In this document: positions 53,129 through 62,918 of the stretch, piece after piece
Position numbering within the stretch: position 1 is the stretch's first letter
Layout of the letters: each line of letters opens with the position of its first letter
Source: an uncultured Lachnospiraceae bacterium
GTDB taxonomy: Bacteria; Bacillota; Clostridia; Lachnospirales; Lachnospiraceae
NCBI GenBank assembly: GCA_947566645.1
Contig: CANOKL010000012.1
Location: forward strand, 21,951-85,950
Direction: 5' to 3'
DNA length: 64,000 nt
Translations under genes and position numbers: made by a program
Notes under the pieces: generated by a model
Seen by the model: only the letters and a program-made list of their open reading frames with translations
What the model was told of the DNA's origin: nothing
Databases searched by the model: none

Positions 53129-54410
53129 CCGGCGTCTCCAGAGCCTTCAGTGCTCTTGTAACCAGCTTTTCACGAATCTTGCGTGATTCATCCTCTCCCT
53201 GGGTCGGATCGCCAAGCGGATACGGTATTCCCACCGCAGGAACAATCCGGTTCGCGCCAATCGTGCGGGAAATCGGAACTACTGTACAGATATGTACAAC
53301 TGGAATCCCATACTTCTCGATTCCTTTTACCATCGTTGCACCGCAACGAGTACAGGTTCCTCATGTAGAGGTCAGAATCACTGCGTCTACCCCTTCCTCA
53401 ATAAACTTCTTTCCGATCTCATCGCCGAATCTGGCTGCTGAATTGGTTGCCGTCCCGGTTCCGGTTGTGCTGGCAAAGTATGGCAGAAGGCTTCCGATCT
53501 CGCCATTTTTCTCCTTCTCTCTTAAGACATCCAATGGGATGACCAGATTGGGATTCTCCAGTACGAATTGTCTGTCGTATCCACCATGAATGGTCATATA
53601 ATCTTCCCTGGACATGGCATCCATGCCCTCAATAGTATACTCTCCGAATTTTGTAGCATTGGATGACTCAATATGATCCGGATTGCCAAGAGGCACAATT
53701 CCGCCAGAGGTAACCACTGCGATTCTGGCTGCTTTCATATCCTCCACTGCCTTTGCCGGAGATACCCGGTCAAACTTCGGCATAGGAAGATCTGTCTCAA
53801 ATTCCTCGCCCTTCATCTTTTTTACCAGCATGCAGATTCCACGCTCCGAACCACGCTCCTTGGCGAAATAGTTCACACGGATTCCACGCTCCAGATACCC
53901 TTCAATGGAAGGTCCGAGAATCTCTTCTCCTGCAACCATCTTCTTAATCAGACCCACCAGCTTCGGAACTGCCTTCCTCATGGTTGCCGCAGAATTTCCG
54001 GTTTTCACCAGGATGACATCCTGCTTAAACATATCAGCTCCTGGATTCTCCTCATACATACCTGAGAGAACCGGTATGCCAAGTCTCTCCTCCACTGCTT
54101 TGCAGATGGTTCCGCACGCAACGCCATAGCGCCCTGCATTGAACGCCGGACCTGCCACGAATACATCCGGCTGGTATTTTTTCACCATCTCTATAATTGT
54201 ATCTGTAGCCTCATCCAGGTTTTCACCAAAATAATTGTCACCGCAGATTACCGTAGCTGCAATCTCAAAATCTTCTCCCAGTCCTGCCTTTAACGCAAGT
54301 CCGGGACCGATTACTTCCTCTCTGACCTCCGGCTTATAGTCTGCCATATCCTCTCCGCCGATTCCTCCGAAGAACTGATTGATATAATGTACAATCTTAT
54401 AGGCTGCCAT
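53091..54410 (-). CDS. glycine/sarcosine/betaine reductase component B selenoprotein subunit (GrdB/GrdF/GrdH family), UGA-Sec at 53361-53363
   Basis: Two ORF-track pieces (349 aa and 80 aa) share one frame, separated only by TGA. Read-through gives ...DAVILTST-U-GTCTRCGATMVKGIEKYGIPVVHICT, the UxxCxxC selenoprotein B motif. N-terminus MAAYKIVHYINQFFGGIGGE. Confidence 0.85.
53333..53349 (-). promoter_or_regulatory. SECIS-like hairpin
   Basis: The minus strand reads UCGUUGC-GGU-GCAACGA, starting 11 nt after the UGA. The GGU apical loop is consistent with bacterial SECIS. Confidence 0.55.
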
Positions 54411-54428
54411 AACTCTTCTACCTCCCTC

Positions 54429-55715
54429 CTAATATCCTCTTGCCGCCAGCTTATTAAATCCATTGGCAATTGTAGATGCAATAATAATCTGAAGCTCTGC
54501 CTCAAAGGAACCGTCCTCATTTACACAGCCTGCCCAGCCGCCGATCTGGCTCTCAATATAATCCATCATTCCGATTACCTTATCCATGGCAGGGAATTTC
54601 AGTGTTGCATTTCCCTGACCGCAGGACGCCAGCGCCGTGGCCTCCTCGCAGGTATCTGCAAGGGATGCAGATTTTCCGTCCTTGCCTGGAAATTCATCCG
54701 TGATCAGGCATACCTTTGTACCAGCCCTCTCCACCTTGCGGCAGTTCATCATCAGATCCGTATCCGGGTTTCCGTAGCCTTCCTCTGTAATCAGCACGCC
54801 GTCCAGTTCCAGCCACTGGCAGAACTTGGCAACCATGTCGGAATGTCTTTCTTTATCCGCAAGAAATACATTTTCATTGGTCAGGATCACTCCCATAAAA
54901 TTAATGTCCTTTCCGTGATGCCGGTAGCAGTCTTCTATAACCGGATTATGCAGATGATGATAGGACGTCACCTTATCGCATGGAGCCACACAGTTGCCAG
55001 AAACAATTGCACCATCCATAATTTCTGTAGGATACATGAATGTAGGCACAATCTGCTTGGCGTCCACGCCATAGTAATAAGTATCATGCAGAAGTCCCTG
55101 GGACTGCAGCATATGGATATATCCTACCTTCGGAAGATCCGGGTACTGGGCTGCCTGCTCAAAGACTGATTTTGTCTCAAATACCTCCAGTGTATCTGGC
55201 TCAAGCTTTCTGGCAAGTTCCCCAAGATAAGCAGCGGTCTTAAGACCTGCCAGTCTTCCCGCCCTCTCATATACATGAGTCTCAAGTCCTTCCTGGGGCT
55301 CAATCACAACGCACAGATTCACTGTCTTAGAAAATGGACAGTAGTCTGCTGCCGGGCCGCTCATATCAATCACGCCCTCCTGGAATCCGACAATCCTTCC
55401 CACAGTCACGACACAGCAGCCGTCCAGTGCATGGGTTCTTCCGCTCCCCACCTGGGGAGATACCTTTCCGATCACACCTGGAAAGATCTCTCCGCCGCTC
55501 ACCTTTACACGGGGTTCAATCACATCCTTTACCGGCGTGATTCTTGTTGCCTCTCCAGGTCTTGCAATGTCAAGATGGCATTCCTTAAGCTTGTCATCCT
55601 CCAGCACCATGGCCTCCACTTCAGCCTTATTCACATAGAGCACCTGGTTCTCTATGTGAGATTCCTCCGCGAACTGAATATCTTTGATCACAAATTTCCC
55701 CAGTTCCAGTCTCAT
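54429..55715 (-). CDS. glycine/sarcosine/betaine reductase component B alpha/beta (GrdE/GrdG/GrdI family)
   Basis: The ORF track gives 435 aa. The likely start is MRLELGKFVIKDIQF (55715) after AGAAGGAGG. It contains ...IMDGAIVSGNCVAPCD. Confidence 0.8.
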   Translation of the reverse strand: MRLELGKFVIKDIQFAEESHIENQVLYVNKAEVEAMVLEDDKLKECHLDIARPGEATRITPVKDVIEPRVKVSGGEIFPGVIGKVSPQVGSGRTHALDGCCVVTVGRIVGFQEGVIDMSGPAADYCPFSKTVNLCVVIEPQEGLETHVYERAGRLAGLKTAAYLGELARKLEPDTLEVFETKSVFEQAAQYPDLPKVGYIHMLQSQGLLHDTYYYGVDAKQIVPTFMYPTEIMDGAIVSGNCVAPCDKVTSYHHLHNPVIEDCYRHHGKDINFMGVILTNENVFLADKERHSDMVAKFCQWLELDGVLITEEGYGNPDTDLMMNCRKVERAGTKVCLITDEFPGKDGKSASLADTCEEATALASCGQGNATLKFPAMDKVIGMMDYIESQIGGWAGCVNEDGSFEAELQIIIASTIANGFNKLAARGY

Positions 55716-55792
55716 ACAATTTCCTCCTTCTGTCAACGCAATGAATACTCTATCTTATACTCACGGCCGGTGAAATCTGGCGCGCAGTATAA

Positions 55793-56461
55793 TTACTTAC
55801 CTCTCGGGAACATATCTGCCCTAATTGTCTGATGCGGTGCAATATGGATAAAATCCCCGCCATCCCAAAAGCCAGTAAGAAGACGCTCAAGATAAGACAG
55901 ATCTCCCTCAATCGGAAGCTGATGCAGATGCAGTTCCTCTGCCATCACAGCAGTCTCTTTCAGAAAGCTCTCATAGTCATATGCCTTCGTGTCTATGATT
56001 CCCAGATGCTTATATTTCCCAAGAATCTCTTCATATATAATATCTGCCATCTCTTTTCCATATTTCTCTACAGTAAACAGATATTCCTTATAGATGTTAG
56101 ACTCACCGCCAAGCCATCCACGAGTCAGGAAATAGGTCTCCCCCTGCTTCATGATTTCTCTTTTTCTCTGGTAAGAACCCAGCATCATACTGATACAGTC
56201 ATCTGCCTTAGGCAGAATCATCTCAAAATCGCCTGCCGTAATCCCGGCAAGGGCATTTCCGCAGGCGCCGAATCCCATCACAACACAATCTGCATCCCGG
56301 ACTGTGTCAAGCCTTGACGTAATCTCTTCCTTCAGACGTTCCGTCACATTATGAAGCCCGGATTCAATCCAGTCTGTACGGCCAAACATATTTCCTCTCC
56401 TGGCCAGAATCTGTTCTATCTCTGCCTGCATTGTCCTGCAGGCCAAAAGTACATACCTCAT
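55793..56461 (-). CDS. DUF1638-like protein
   Basis: ORF track 222 aa. MRYVLLACRTMQAEI..., VVMGFGACGNA, DDCISMMLGS. The family call is from memory of the pattern. Confidence 0.5.
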   Translation of the reverse strand: MRYVLLACRTMQAEIEQILARRGNMFGRTDWIESGLHNVTERLKEEITSRLDTVRDADCVVMGFGACGNALAGITAGDFEMILPKADDCISMMLGSYQRKREIMKQGETYFLTRGWLGGESNIYKEYLFTVEKYGKEMADIIYEEILGKYKHLGIIDTKAYDYESFLKETAVMAEELHLHQLPIEGDLSYLERLLTGFWDGGDFIHIAPHQTIRADMFPRGK

Positions 56462-56482
56462 CTTAGCTCTTAGCCTCTTGTT

Positions 56483-58489
56483 CTATTTCGATAAACGAAG
56501 CTTTGCAGAAGCAGTTGCTTCTACCTTATAGCCAACGTAGATCGGACCGAACTCTGTCTGTACAATGTTCTCCTTCACTTCCACTGACACCTTCATATCC
56601 TCTGGATCAGCCCCTCTTAGCACTGCCTCCTCCATCGCAAGCCTGGCGGCAACCTCGTCGGCTTTTTCCTTCGCTTCTTCCAGATCCCCAAATTCATACC
56701 TGAGTCCGCTGCCAAATGTCACATATTCTCCGGTATTCTGCTGAAATACAACCTCCATCAGTACACTTGCAGATACATTTCCTACAATCGCTCCCAGGGC
56801 ATTTGCTACCGGCGAGTGCTCAGAGGTTACGACCTTCGTCCCAAGAAGCCTGCCCACATCCTCAAGGAACAGCTTTGTCGGCGCCCCCACGCCCACCAGG
56901 GCTGCAGGGGTTCCAAACTGAAGTCCGAAAAACCTTCTGTCTTCCCCTGTCTTTGCACGCTCATAGGCGTCCAGGATCAGAATATTCTCTGTCTCCCCAA
57001 CTCCCAGCTCCCGGATTCTCGGATACCCGTCCTCCATCAGGATCCGGACAATGTTCGTATACAGCTTCCGCTTAAATTCATCGTATACTGCATCTGCTAA
57101 TTCCTCCGGTTTCATCAAAAGGGCTCTCGCCATGATTCTGGCTCCCAGGATGGAGGCCCTGCTCTCATACCGGCAGAAGTCTCCCCGTACATGCATGATG
57201 TCTGTAGGGGTCAGTCCGCACCGGATCAATACACCTTCCCTCACCAGCCGCTCTACATGGTTCACAAGAACCACCTCATTCCAGGTCTTCTTGATCTCCT
57301 CCAGGCTGTGGGGCTCTGCCATAAACTCCGCAATCCTTTTTTCCTTCTCTGTATAGAAAGTGCTCTGGCTGATATCCTTGACTCTCAGATAAATATTTTT
57401 CTGCTGGTTCACCATGCGGGTTCTGCTCTCATCCTCTCTTTCCAGATACCGGATCAGTCTGGGATGTGCCGACGCCGCCATACACAGAGGCATAACCCTC
57501 TCTTCCTCCAGCATGACTGTATCCTGTTCACTGACCGCAACCCCGCTGTCTCCTCCAAGGCCGAAAGTATCTACAAACAATCCCTTTACAAATGTATCCC
57601 AGCCTCCGATCCGGACTCCTGTCTCTGCGCGCTTTGGCTTTCCTTCCCTGACAAACGCAATATCCGTTGTCGTTCCTCCGATATCCACAATCAGACAGTT
57701 CTTCTCTTCTGCAAGCTCCATGGCGCCCATCACACTGGCGACCGGACCGCAAAGAAGCGTCTCTACCGGATGCAGTGCAGTAAATTCACCTGTCATCAGG
57801 CTGCCGTCGCTTCGCACAATCACAAAGGGCGCCTCGATCTTCCTGGCGTCCAGCGCCCGTTTAACCGCATCTAAAAACTCCTGTATCACAGAGATCAGCC
57901 TGGCGTTCAAGAGCGCACTGGCACCCCGTTTTACAATATTCCTCTCTGAAAACAAAGAATATCCGCACACAACCGGAATATCAAATTCCTTCTGGATCAT
58001 CTCTCTTGCTTTTTTTTCCATCTGTGCGCCAGACTTCTGGGCAAAAAGCTCTACCACGCCTACTGCATCACAATCATCAAACCAGTCATGCATGCTCTTT
58101 TCGAACAGATTCCAGTCCGGCTCCTTTACCACCTCACCATTAGGCTTCGTCTTACTATCAATAAAAATCAGGCTGTCATCAAGTGTCAGTCCGTATTCTC
58201 TTCCAACCCGGGATACATTGTCCGGCTTTACCCCAAAGAATACAAGCTTCGCTCTGCCCCCCTTATTCTCCACACAGGCGTTGGTTGCCAGGGTGGTAGA
58301 CAGGGCAATCACCTCTGCCTGACGAATCAGATCTGAGGGAAGAAGGTCCAGGACATTCCCAATCCCTTCTGCCAGATCCTCCTTGGTTGTCGCTGTTTTT
58401 GCCGAAGCTAAGATCTGCTTCTGATCAAACTGGTAAATTACTGCATCGGTGCAGGTCCCGCCTGTATCAATGCCTATTCCGATCTTCAT
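56483..58489 (-). CDS. hydantoinase/oxoprolinase (HyuA-like, ASKHA ATPase fold) family protein
   Basis: ORF track 668 aa. IGIDTGGTCTDAV and LIVDIGGTTTDIA phosphate-binding motifs; no Cys-rich ferredoxin-like segment seen. Confidence 0.7.
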   Translation of the reverse strand: MKIGIGIDTGGTCTDAVIYQFDQKQILASAKTATTKEDLAEGIGNVLDLLPSDLIRQAEVIALSTTLATNACVENKGGRAKLVFFGVKPDNVSRVGREYGLTLDDSLIFIDSKTKPNGEVVKEPDWNLFEKSMHDWFDDCDAVGVVELFAQKSGAQMEKKAREMIQKEFDIPVVCGYSLFSERNIVKRGASALLNARLISVIQEFLDAVKRALDARKIEAPFVIVRSDGSLMTGEFTALHPVETLLCGPVASVMGAMELAEEKNCLIVDIGGTTTDIAFVREGKPKRAETGVRIGGWDTFVKGLFVDTFGLGGDSGVAVSEQDTVMLEEERVMPLCMAASAHPRLIRYLEREDESRTRMVNQQKNIYLRVKDISQSTFYTEKEKRIAEFMAEPHSLEEIKKTWNEVVLVNHVERLVREGVLIRCGLTPTDIMHVRGDFCRYESRASILGARIMARALLMKPEELADAVYDEFKRKLYTNIVRILMEDGYPRIRELGVGETENILILDAYERAKTGEDRRFFGLQFGTPAALVGVGAPTKLFLEDVGRLLGTKVVTSEHSPVANALGAIVGNVSASVLMEVVFQQNTGEYVTFGSGLRYEFGDLEEAKEKADEVAARLAMEEAVLRGADPEDMKVSVEVKENIVQTEFGPIYVGYKVEATASAKLRLSK

Positions 58490-58585
58490 ATCTGTCCCCC
58501 TATACCGTCAGCTTTTTTCTATCTTTTTATCCAGCAGCGATTCAGTCAGTACAAAAACTGCCGCATCGTTACTGTCTTCTATATA

Positions 58586-60127
58586 TTATCCTTCTGCTTC
58601 TGCATTTTCTTCCTTCTGCATCTCAATACCGCAGGGCCTCTTTTCAATCTTCTCTTTCTGCAGTGATTTTACAATTGCCACCATAGACACAATCATAACC
58701 AGCAGGAATGGAAAGGCTCCGGCAATGGAGATGCTCTGCATCATATTCAGGCCGTTTGCACTTACAAGCATAAGTACCAGCGCAAATAAAACCTCTATCA
58801 CTCCCCAGATCAGCTTGTTCTTCTTAGATGGATTCAAATCTCCTTCACTTGTGAAGATTCCAAGCACGAAGGTTGCTGAATTCGCCGAGGTTATGAAGAA
58901 GGTTGCCACCAGGATAATGGTAATTCCCGACAAAACCATACCCAGAGGGTATTCTGAGAATACAACAAAGCATGCCGTATCCTTATTTGCAGCTGCCAGC
59001 TCCGCAACCTTAGTCCCGAGATTCAGTCCCATTCCTCCAAAGATGGAGAACCACATGAATGAAAGGATTGCCGGAACAATCAAAACGCCTGCTACGAATT
59101 CCCGGATCGTCCGTCCTCTTGAAATACGTGCGATAAAGGAACCACAGAACGGCGCCCATGCAACCCACCACGCCCAGTAGAAAATGGTCCAGCTTCCGTA
59201 CCATTCATTATTTTCAAACGCACCGATTGCAAAGCTGTCTGGTATCAGGTTCTTCAGATAAAGTCCAATTCCTTCTGAAAAAATATTCAGCTCGAATACA
59301 GTTGGCCCGATAATAAAGCAGAGAACCATCAGAACTACTGCCAGCACCATATTAATATTCGAGACAACACTGATTCCCTTCTCAATCCCGGCAACCGCCG
59401 TTGATACGAATAAGAATGAGATAACAATGATAATAATGGCCTGAACAACTTTTGTATTAGGAATGCCGAACAGATGGCTTAGTCCGGCATTGATCTGCAT
59501 CGTGCCAAGACCAAGTGAGGTACAGACGCCCGCAATCGTCGCAAATACTGCCAGTACGTCAATAAGCGTTCCGAGCCAGCCATTAATTTTCTCCTCTCCG
59601 AACAGAGGAACAAACAGTCTGCTAATTAAGCCCGGCTGATTTTTGCGGAACTGCATATACGCCAGTCCAAGACCAATGACGCAGAAGCACGCCCAAGGAT
59701 GCAGACACCAGTGCAGGAGTGATTTTCCCATTGCAAACTGTGCTGCCTCCGGCGTACCCGGTTCTGCCCCCAGCGGATTCATATAATGGCTCAGGGGCTC
59801 TGCCACACCCCAGAATACCAGCCCGATCCCCATTCCAGAAGAAAACAGCATAGCGAACCATGACAAGGTTGAATATTCCGGCTCGGAATCATCTGGTCCA
59901 AGCTTGATGCTTCCGTATTTACTGAATCCAAGCCAGACACTGAAAAACAGGAAGGCTCCCACGCCGATCATATAGAGCCATCCAAAATCTCCTGTCACAA
60001 CCGCCATAACCGTATCTGCCATAACATTGAAGTTATCCGGCAGCACAACTGCCCATACTGTCAGCACAATCGAAATGATCAGAGAGATCACATACACCCA
60101 GTTTATTTTACTTTTTTTATTTTCCAT
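58586..60127 (-). CDS. BCCT-family (betaine/carnitine/choline) transporter
   Basis: ORF track 513 aa. WTIFYWAWWVAWAPFCGSFIARISRGRTIREF signature. Confidence 0.9.
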   Translation of the reverse strand: MENKKSKINWVYVISLIISIVLTVWAVVLPDNFNVMADTVMAVVTGDFGWLYMIGVGAFLFFSVWLGFSKYGSIKLGPDDSEPEYSTLSWFAMLFSSGMGIGLVFWGVAEPLSHYMNPLGAEPGTPEAAQFAMGKSLLHWCLHPWACFCVIGLGLAYMQFRKNQPGLISRLFVPLFGEEKINGWLGTLIDVLAVFATIAGVCTSLGLGTMQINAGLSHLFGIPNTKVVQAIIIIVISFLFVSTAVAGIEKGISVVSNINMVLAVVLMVLCFIIGPTVFELNIFSEGIGLYLKNLIPDSFAIGAFENNEWYGSWTIFYWAWWVAWAPFCGSFIARISRGRTIREFVAGVLIVPAILSFMWFSIFGGMGLNLGTKVAELAAANKDTACFVVFSEYPLGMVLSGITIILVATFFITSANSATFVLGIFTSEGDLNPSKKNKLIWGVIEVLFALVLMLVSANGLNMMQSISIAGAFPFLLVMIVSMVAIVKSLQKEKIEKRPCGIEMQKEENAEAEG

Positions 60128-60267
60128 AAAGCCTCCTTTCCAGGTTATTTAAAACCTGCTTCCGGCAATCTGATATGCTTATATTAGGAGACAGGCCAAC
60201 GCAACCGGAATAATTCCCTGCTGCATTGACCTGTCATGTAACAGGACAGCTTGTCTGAACTGTTACA

Positions 60268-61728
60268 TTATTTCATCGTTTCCTTTTCTGCCGCATCAAT
60301 TCTGTCCAGAATAGCTACAATCTGTGCATCTAATTCCTCTGGAAGTGAATTCAGCTTTCCATTTTCAATGATGTCTTTTACCCTTTCATTTGCACGCTGA
60401 CCCATGGTCTTTCCTCCGAGAGCCAGCCAGCGGTCATACTCGTTTCTGTCTTCCAGATCAGACTCCCAGTGATCCGCATTCTTTCTCAGGGTACTGTCCT
60501 GTCCAAGGAAATGTCCTTTTGGTCCGACTTCCTTCATATCATCCATCGCAAGATAGTCCGGGGACATATTAATGCTGTCAAACAACCTTCTCACACGGCC
60601 GATTACATCATTCATCATAACAACGAGTTCATTAGAATGTGCCAGTCCGAACTGAGTATATCCAACGTCATGAATGACATTCGCGCCCGAGAAGCCGGCA
60701 AGGGTAATATACTGTGTTCCCTCCAGTACAGCCTGCTCATCCGCAAGCTTGGAACTTGTACATCCTGCGGTTCCCCATGTAGGAAGCCTGTACAGTTCGC
60801 GTCCGATCTCAGACATTGCAAGAGATTCCATCATGGTCTCCGGTGATGCATAAGTCGGCTGAAGGCTCTTCAGATCCATATTCGTAATGATAGCCCCATA
60901 TAAGAACGGTGCTCCCGGCTTTGTTACCTCAGCAATAATCAGGCCTGCAAGACACTCTGCATTTGCCTGGATAATAGAGCCTGCACAGGTAATCGGACCT
61001 GTAGCCCCATTCATCGGAATCGGCGCATACAATACAGGAAGCCCGGTCTCTGCCATATACATGACTTTCTCAACAGATTCCTTCGTACATACGAATGGAG
61101 AGGTAGGCTCACAGTACAGGATAAATAATGGTTTCTGCACCAGCTTATCCAGGCTTCCCCTGACTACAGATGCCATCTCAACCACATTTTTCGTTGATTC
61201 AAGATCTGCGGTAATAACAACCTGGGGCTTGGAGCTGTAGCGGATCATTGCCGCATACTCATGCTCATAAGAAGTCTTCGGATGGTCATAAACCTGACAC
61301 TGTGACATCATGTAATCAATATAAGGCATTGCATCTGCAACCTTTACACAGTTCTTGTTGTCTTCCTCATTACAGAGCCTGTTCTCGCCGGTAAACGGGT
61401 CAATGATATTCGGCTCTGCAGATCCAACTCCATAATATGCATTTCTTCCGCTGACATCCATGGAAAAATTTCCGTCTCTGTCATAGAGAAGAATTCTTGA
61501 GGGTGCTGCGTTGATCGCCCATTCCACAATCGTCGGAGGGAAGTAAACTCTCTTCTTCTCCACACGGCATCCGGCTTCCTTAAGCTTCTCCCTGGCTTCC
61601 TTATGCTGCACCTCTAATCCTACGTCATTCAGAATATCCAGTGTACAGCTATGTATCTGTTCCATCTCTTCTCTTGTCAGAAAAGAAACGCCCTGCCCTC
61701 TAAAACTTGGTCTCATATTTACATTCAT
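60268..61728 (-). CDS. MttB-superfamily methyltransferase without an in-frame amber codon (quaternary-amine:corrinoid type)
   Basis: ORF track 486 aa, uninterrupted. The length and context (corrinoid protein directly upstream, BCCT downstream) fit the non-Pyl MttB homologs. Confidence 0.7.
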   Translation of the reverse strand: MNVNMRPSFRGQGVSFLTREEMEQIHSCTLDILNDVGLEVQHKEAREKLKEAGCRVEKKRVYFPPTIVEWAINAAPSRILLYDRDGNFSMDVSGRNAYYGVGSAEPNIIDPFTGENRLCNEEDNKNCVKVADAMPYIDYMMSQCQVYDHPKTSYEHEYAAMIRYSSKPQVVITADLESTKNVVEMASVVRGSLDKLVQKPLFILYCEPTSPFVCTKESVEKVMYMAETGLPVLYAPIPMNGATGPITCAGSIIQANAECLAGLIIAEVTKPGAPFLYGAIITNMDLKSLQPTYASPETMMESLAMSEIGRELYRLPTWGTAGCTSSKLADEQAVLEGTQYITLAGFSGANVIHDVGYTQFGLAHSNELVVMMNDVIGRVRRLFDSINMSPDYLAMDDMKEVGPKGHFLGQDSTLRKNADHWESDLEDRNEYDRWLALGGKTMGQRANERVKDIIENGKLNSLPEELDAQIVAILDRIDAAEKETMK

Positions 61729-61764
61729 ATTTGTTCTCCTTCACTAATCCCTTATATCGCTACT

Positions 61765-62412
61765 CTATTTATTCTTTTCCTGCATCAGTTTCTTCGCAAG
61801 CTCTACTGCCAGCGGTGCATTTGCACTGTATCCGTCAGCACCGATCTGGTCAGCAAATACCTGGTTCACCGGTGCGCCGCCGATCATGATCTTCACCTTG
61901 TCACGAAGGCCTGCCTCTTCGATTGCCTCAATGGTATCCTGCATTGCATACATGGTCGTGGTAAGCATTGCAGACATGCCGAGAATATCTACGTCTTCAT
62001 TTTCCTGGATTGCCTCAACAATGTCTTCAGGCTCTACATCCATTCCAAGGTCAATTACCTCAAACCCGGCACTTTCAAGAAGGAGAACAACCAGATTCTT
62101 TCCGATATCGTGCATATCACCTGCAACTGTTGCAAAAATAGCCTTCCCCGCTGCATCTGCCGCACCGCTTACAAGCAGAGGCTTCACAATCTCCACACCT
62201 TTCTTCATTGCCTTAGAAGCAACCAGAAGCTCCGGTACATAGATCTGTCCCAGACGGAATTTTTCGCCAAGAACATTAATTGGTTCTACAAGTCCTCCGT
62301 TCAATACATCAAGCGGGGCATTTCCCTCATCAAGAGCCGCCTGAGTTAATCCGACTACCTCGTTCACATTTCCAGCTTCTACGCAAGCCGCTAATTCAGT
62401 TAATTTTGACAT
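61765..62412 (-). CDS. cobalamin-binding corrinoid protein (MtbC/MtgC-like)
   Basis: The ORF track extends to 62439. The likely start is MSKLTELAA (62412) after GAGAGGA. B12-binding GDMHDIGKNLV (DxHxxG), SAMLTTTM, IMIGGAP. Confidence 0.85.
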   Translation of the reverse strand: MSKLTELAACVEAGNVNEVVGLTQAALDEGNAPLDVLNGGLVEPINVLGEKFRLGQIYVPELLVASKAMKKGVEIVKPLLVSGAADAAGKAIFATVAGDMHDIGKNLVVLLLESAGFEVIDLGMDVEPEDIVEAIQENEDVDILGMSAMLTTTMYAMQDTIEAIEEAGLRDKVKIMIGGAPVNQVFADQIGADGYSANAPLAVELAKKLMQEKNK

Positions 62413-62571
62413 ACGTAATCCTCTCTTTCTTTTTTTCATTGTTGGAGATTTTCATCCGTGAAATTGCACAAAAATGTTAATCCCATATGTTATAGTGTTG
62501 TTTATATCATACACACTTATAAACAAAATAGCAATTTGTCAGACGGTCTTAATAAGGAAACAAATTCCCTT

Positions 62572-62610
62572 CTATGTTTCCATTCAGGAAACATAGTTCC
62601 CCTTTTTTGT
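62572..62610 (+). terminator. orphan terminator-like hairpin (plus orientation), or a leader hairpin of the minus-strand operon
   Basis: CTATGTTTCC-ATTCA-GGAAACATAG, then TTCCCCTTTTTTGT. No plus-strand gene lies upstream. Confidence 0.3.
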
Positions 62611-62823
62611 GCATTTTTTATACGTTTTCAATTTTTTTGACAAAAATTCAATTATTTATTGATTTATATTGTTTTATTCGATACAAATATTGAGGGTTTC
62701 TATATGTTTTGTACACGATTCTGCTTCCGACTTAATGAATTTATGATTGCCTTTTTAACGTTTTTTTAGACAGTCTGCCGAAAAGCAAAGAGAAAGAGAA
62801 CATTACTGAACGCGAAATGAACA

Positions 62824-62867
62824 CAGAAAAAGAACAAGGCCATGGACAGGATCCATGGCCTTGTTCT
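62824..62867 (-). terminator. intrinsic terminator after the MtaA-like gene
   Basis: Perfect 16-bp stem AGAACAAGGCCATGGA/TCCATGGCCTTGTTCT, 5-nt loop, followed on the minus strand by TTTTTCTGTGTT. Confidence 0.75.
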
Positions 62868-62918
62868 TTCGCGATTACAAATTTAGTTTTGGGAACCTCA
62901 TATTTTTATTCCATCCGG

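Noticed and set aside
53091-53333. The 80-aa ORF as an independent small gene.
   Set aside because: It shares the frame of the upstream 349-aa ORF across a single TGA. Together they reconstitute the selenoprotein B UxxCxxC motif, so it is the C-terminal part of one Sec-containing CDS.
56483-58489. The hydantoinase-family protein as part of the allantoin/hydantoin pathway at 1-17 kb.
   Set aside because: It belongs to the ATP-dependent HyuA/oxoprolinase (ASKHA) family, not the cyclic amidohydrolases. It lies 40 kb away, embedded in the methyltransferase locus.
60268-61728. A pyrrolysine-containing trimethylamine methyltransferase (MttB proper).
   Set aside because: The ORF is uninterrupted over 486 codons with no in-frame TAG. 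No pyl genes are in the window. Context (BCCT, Clostridia-like genome) fits the non-Pyl quaternary-amine clade.
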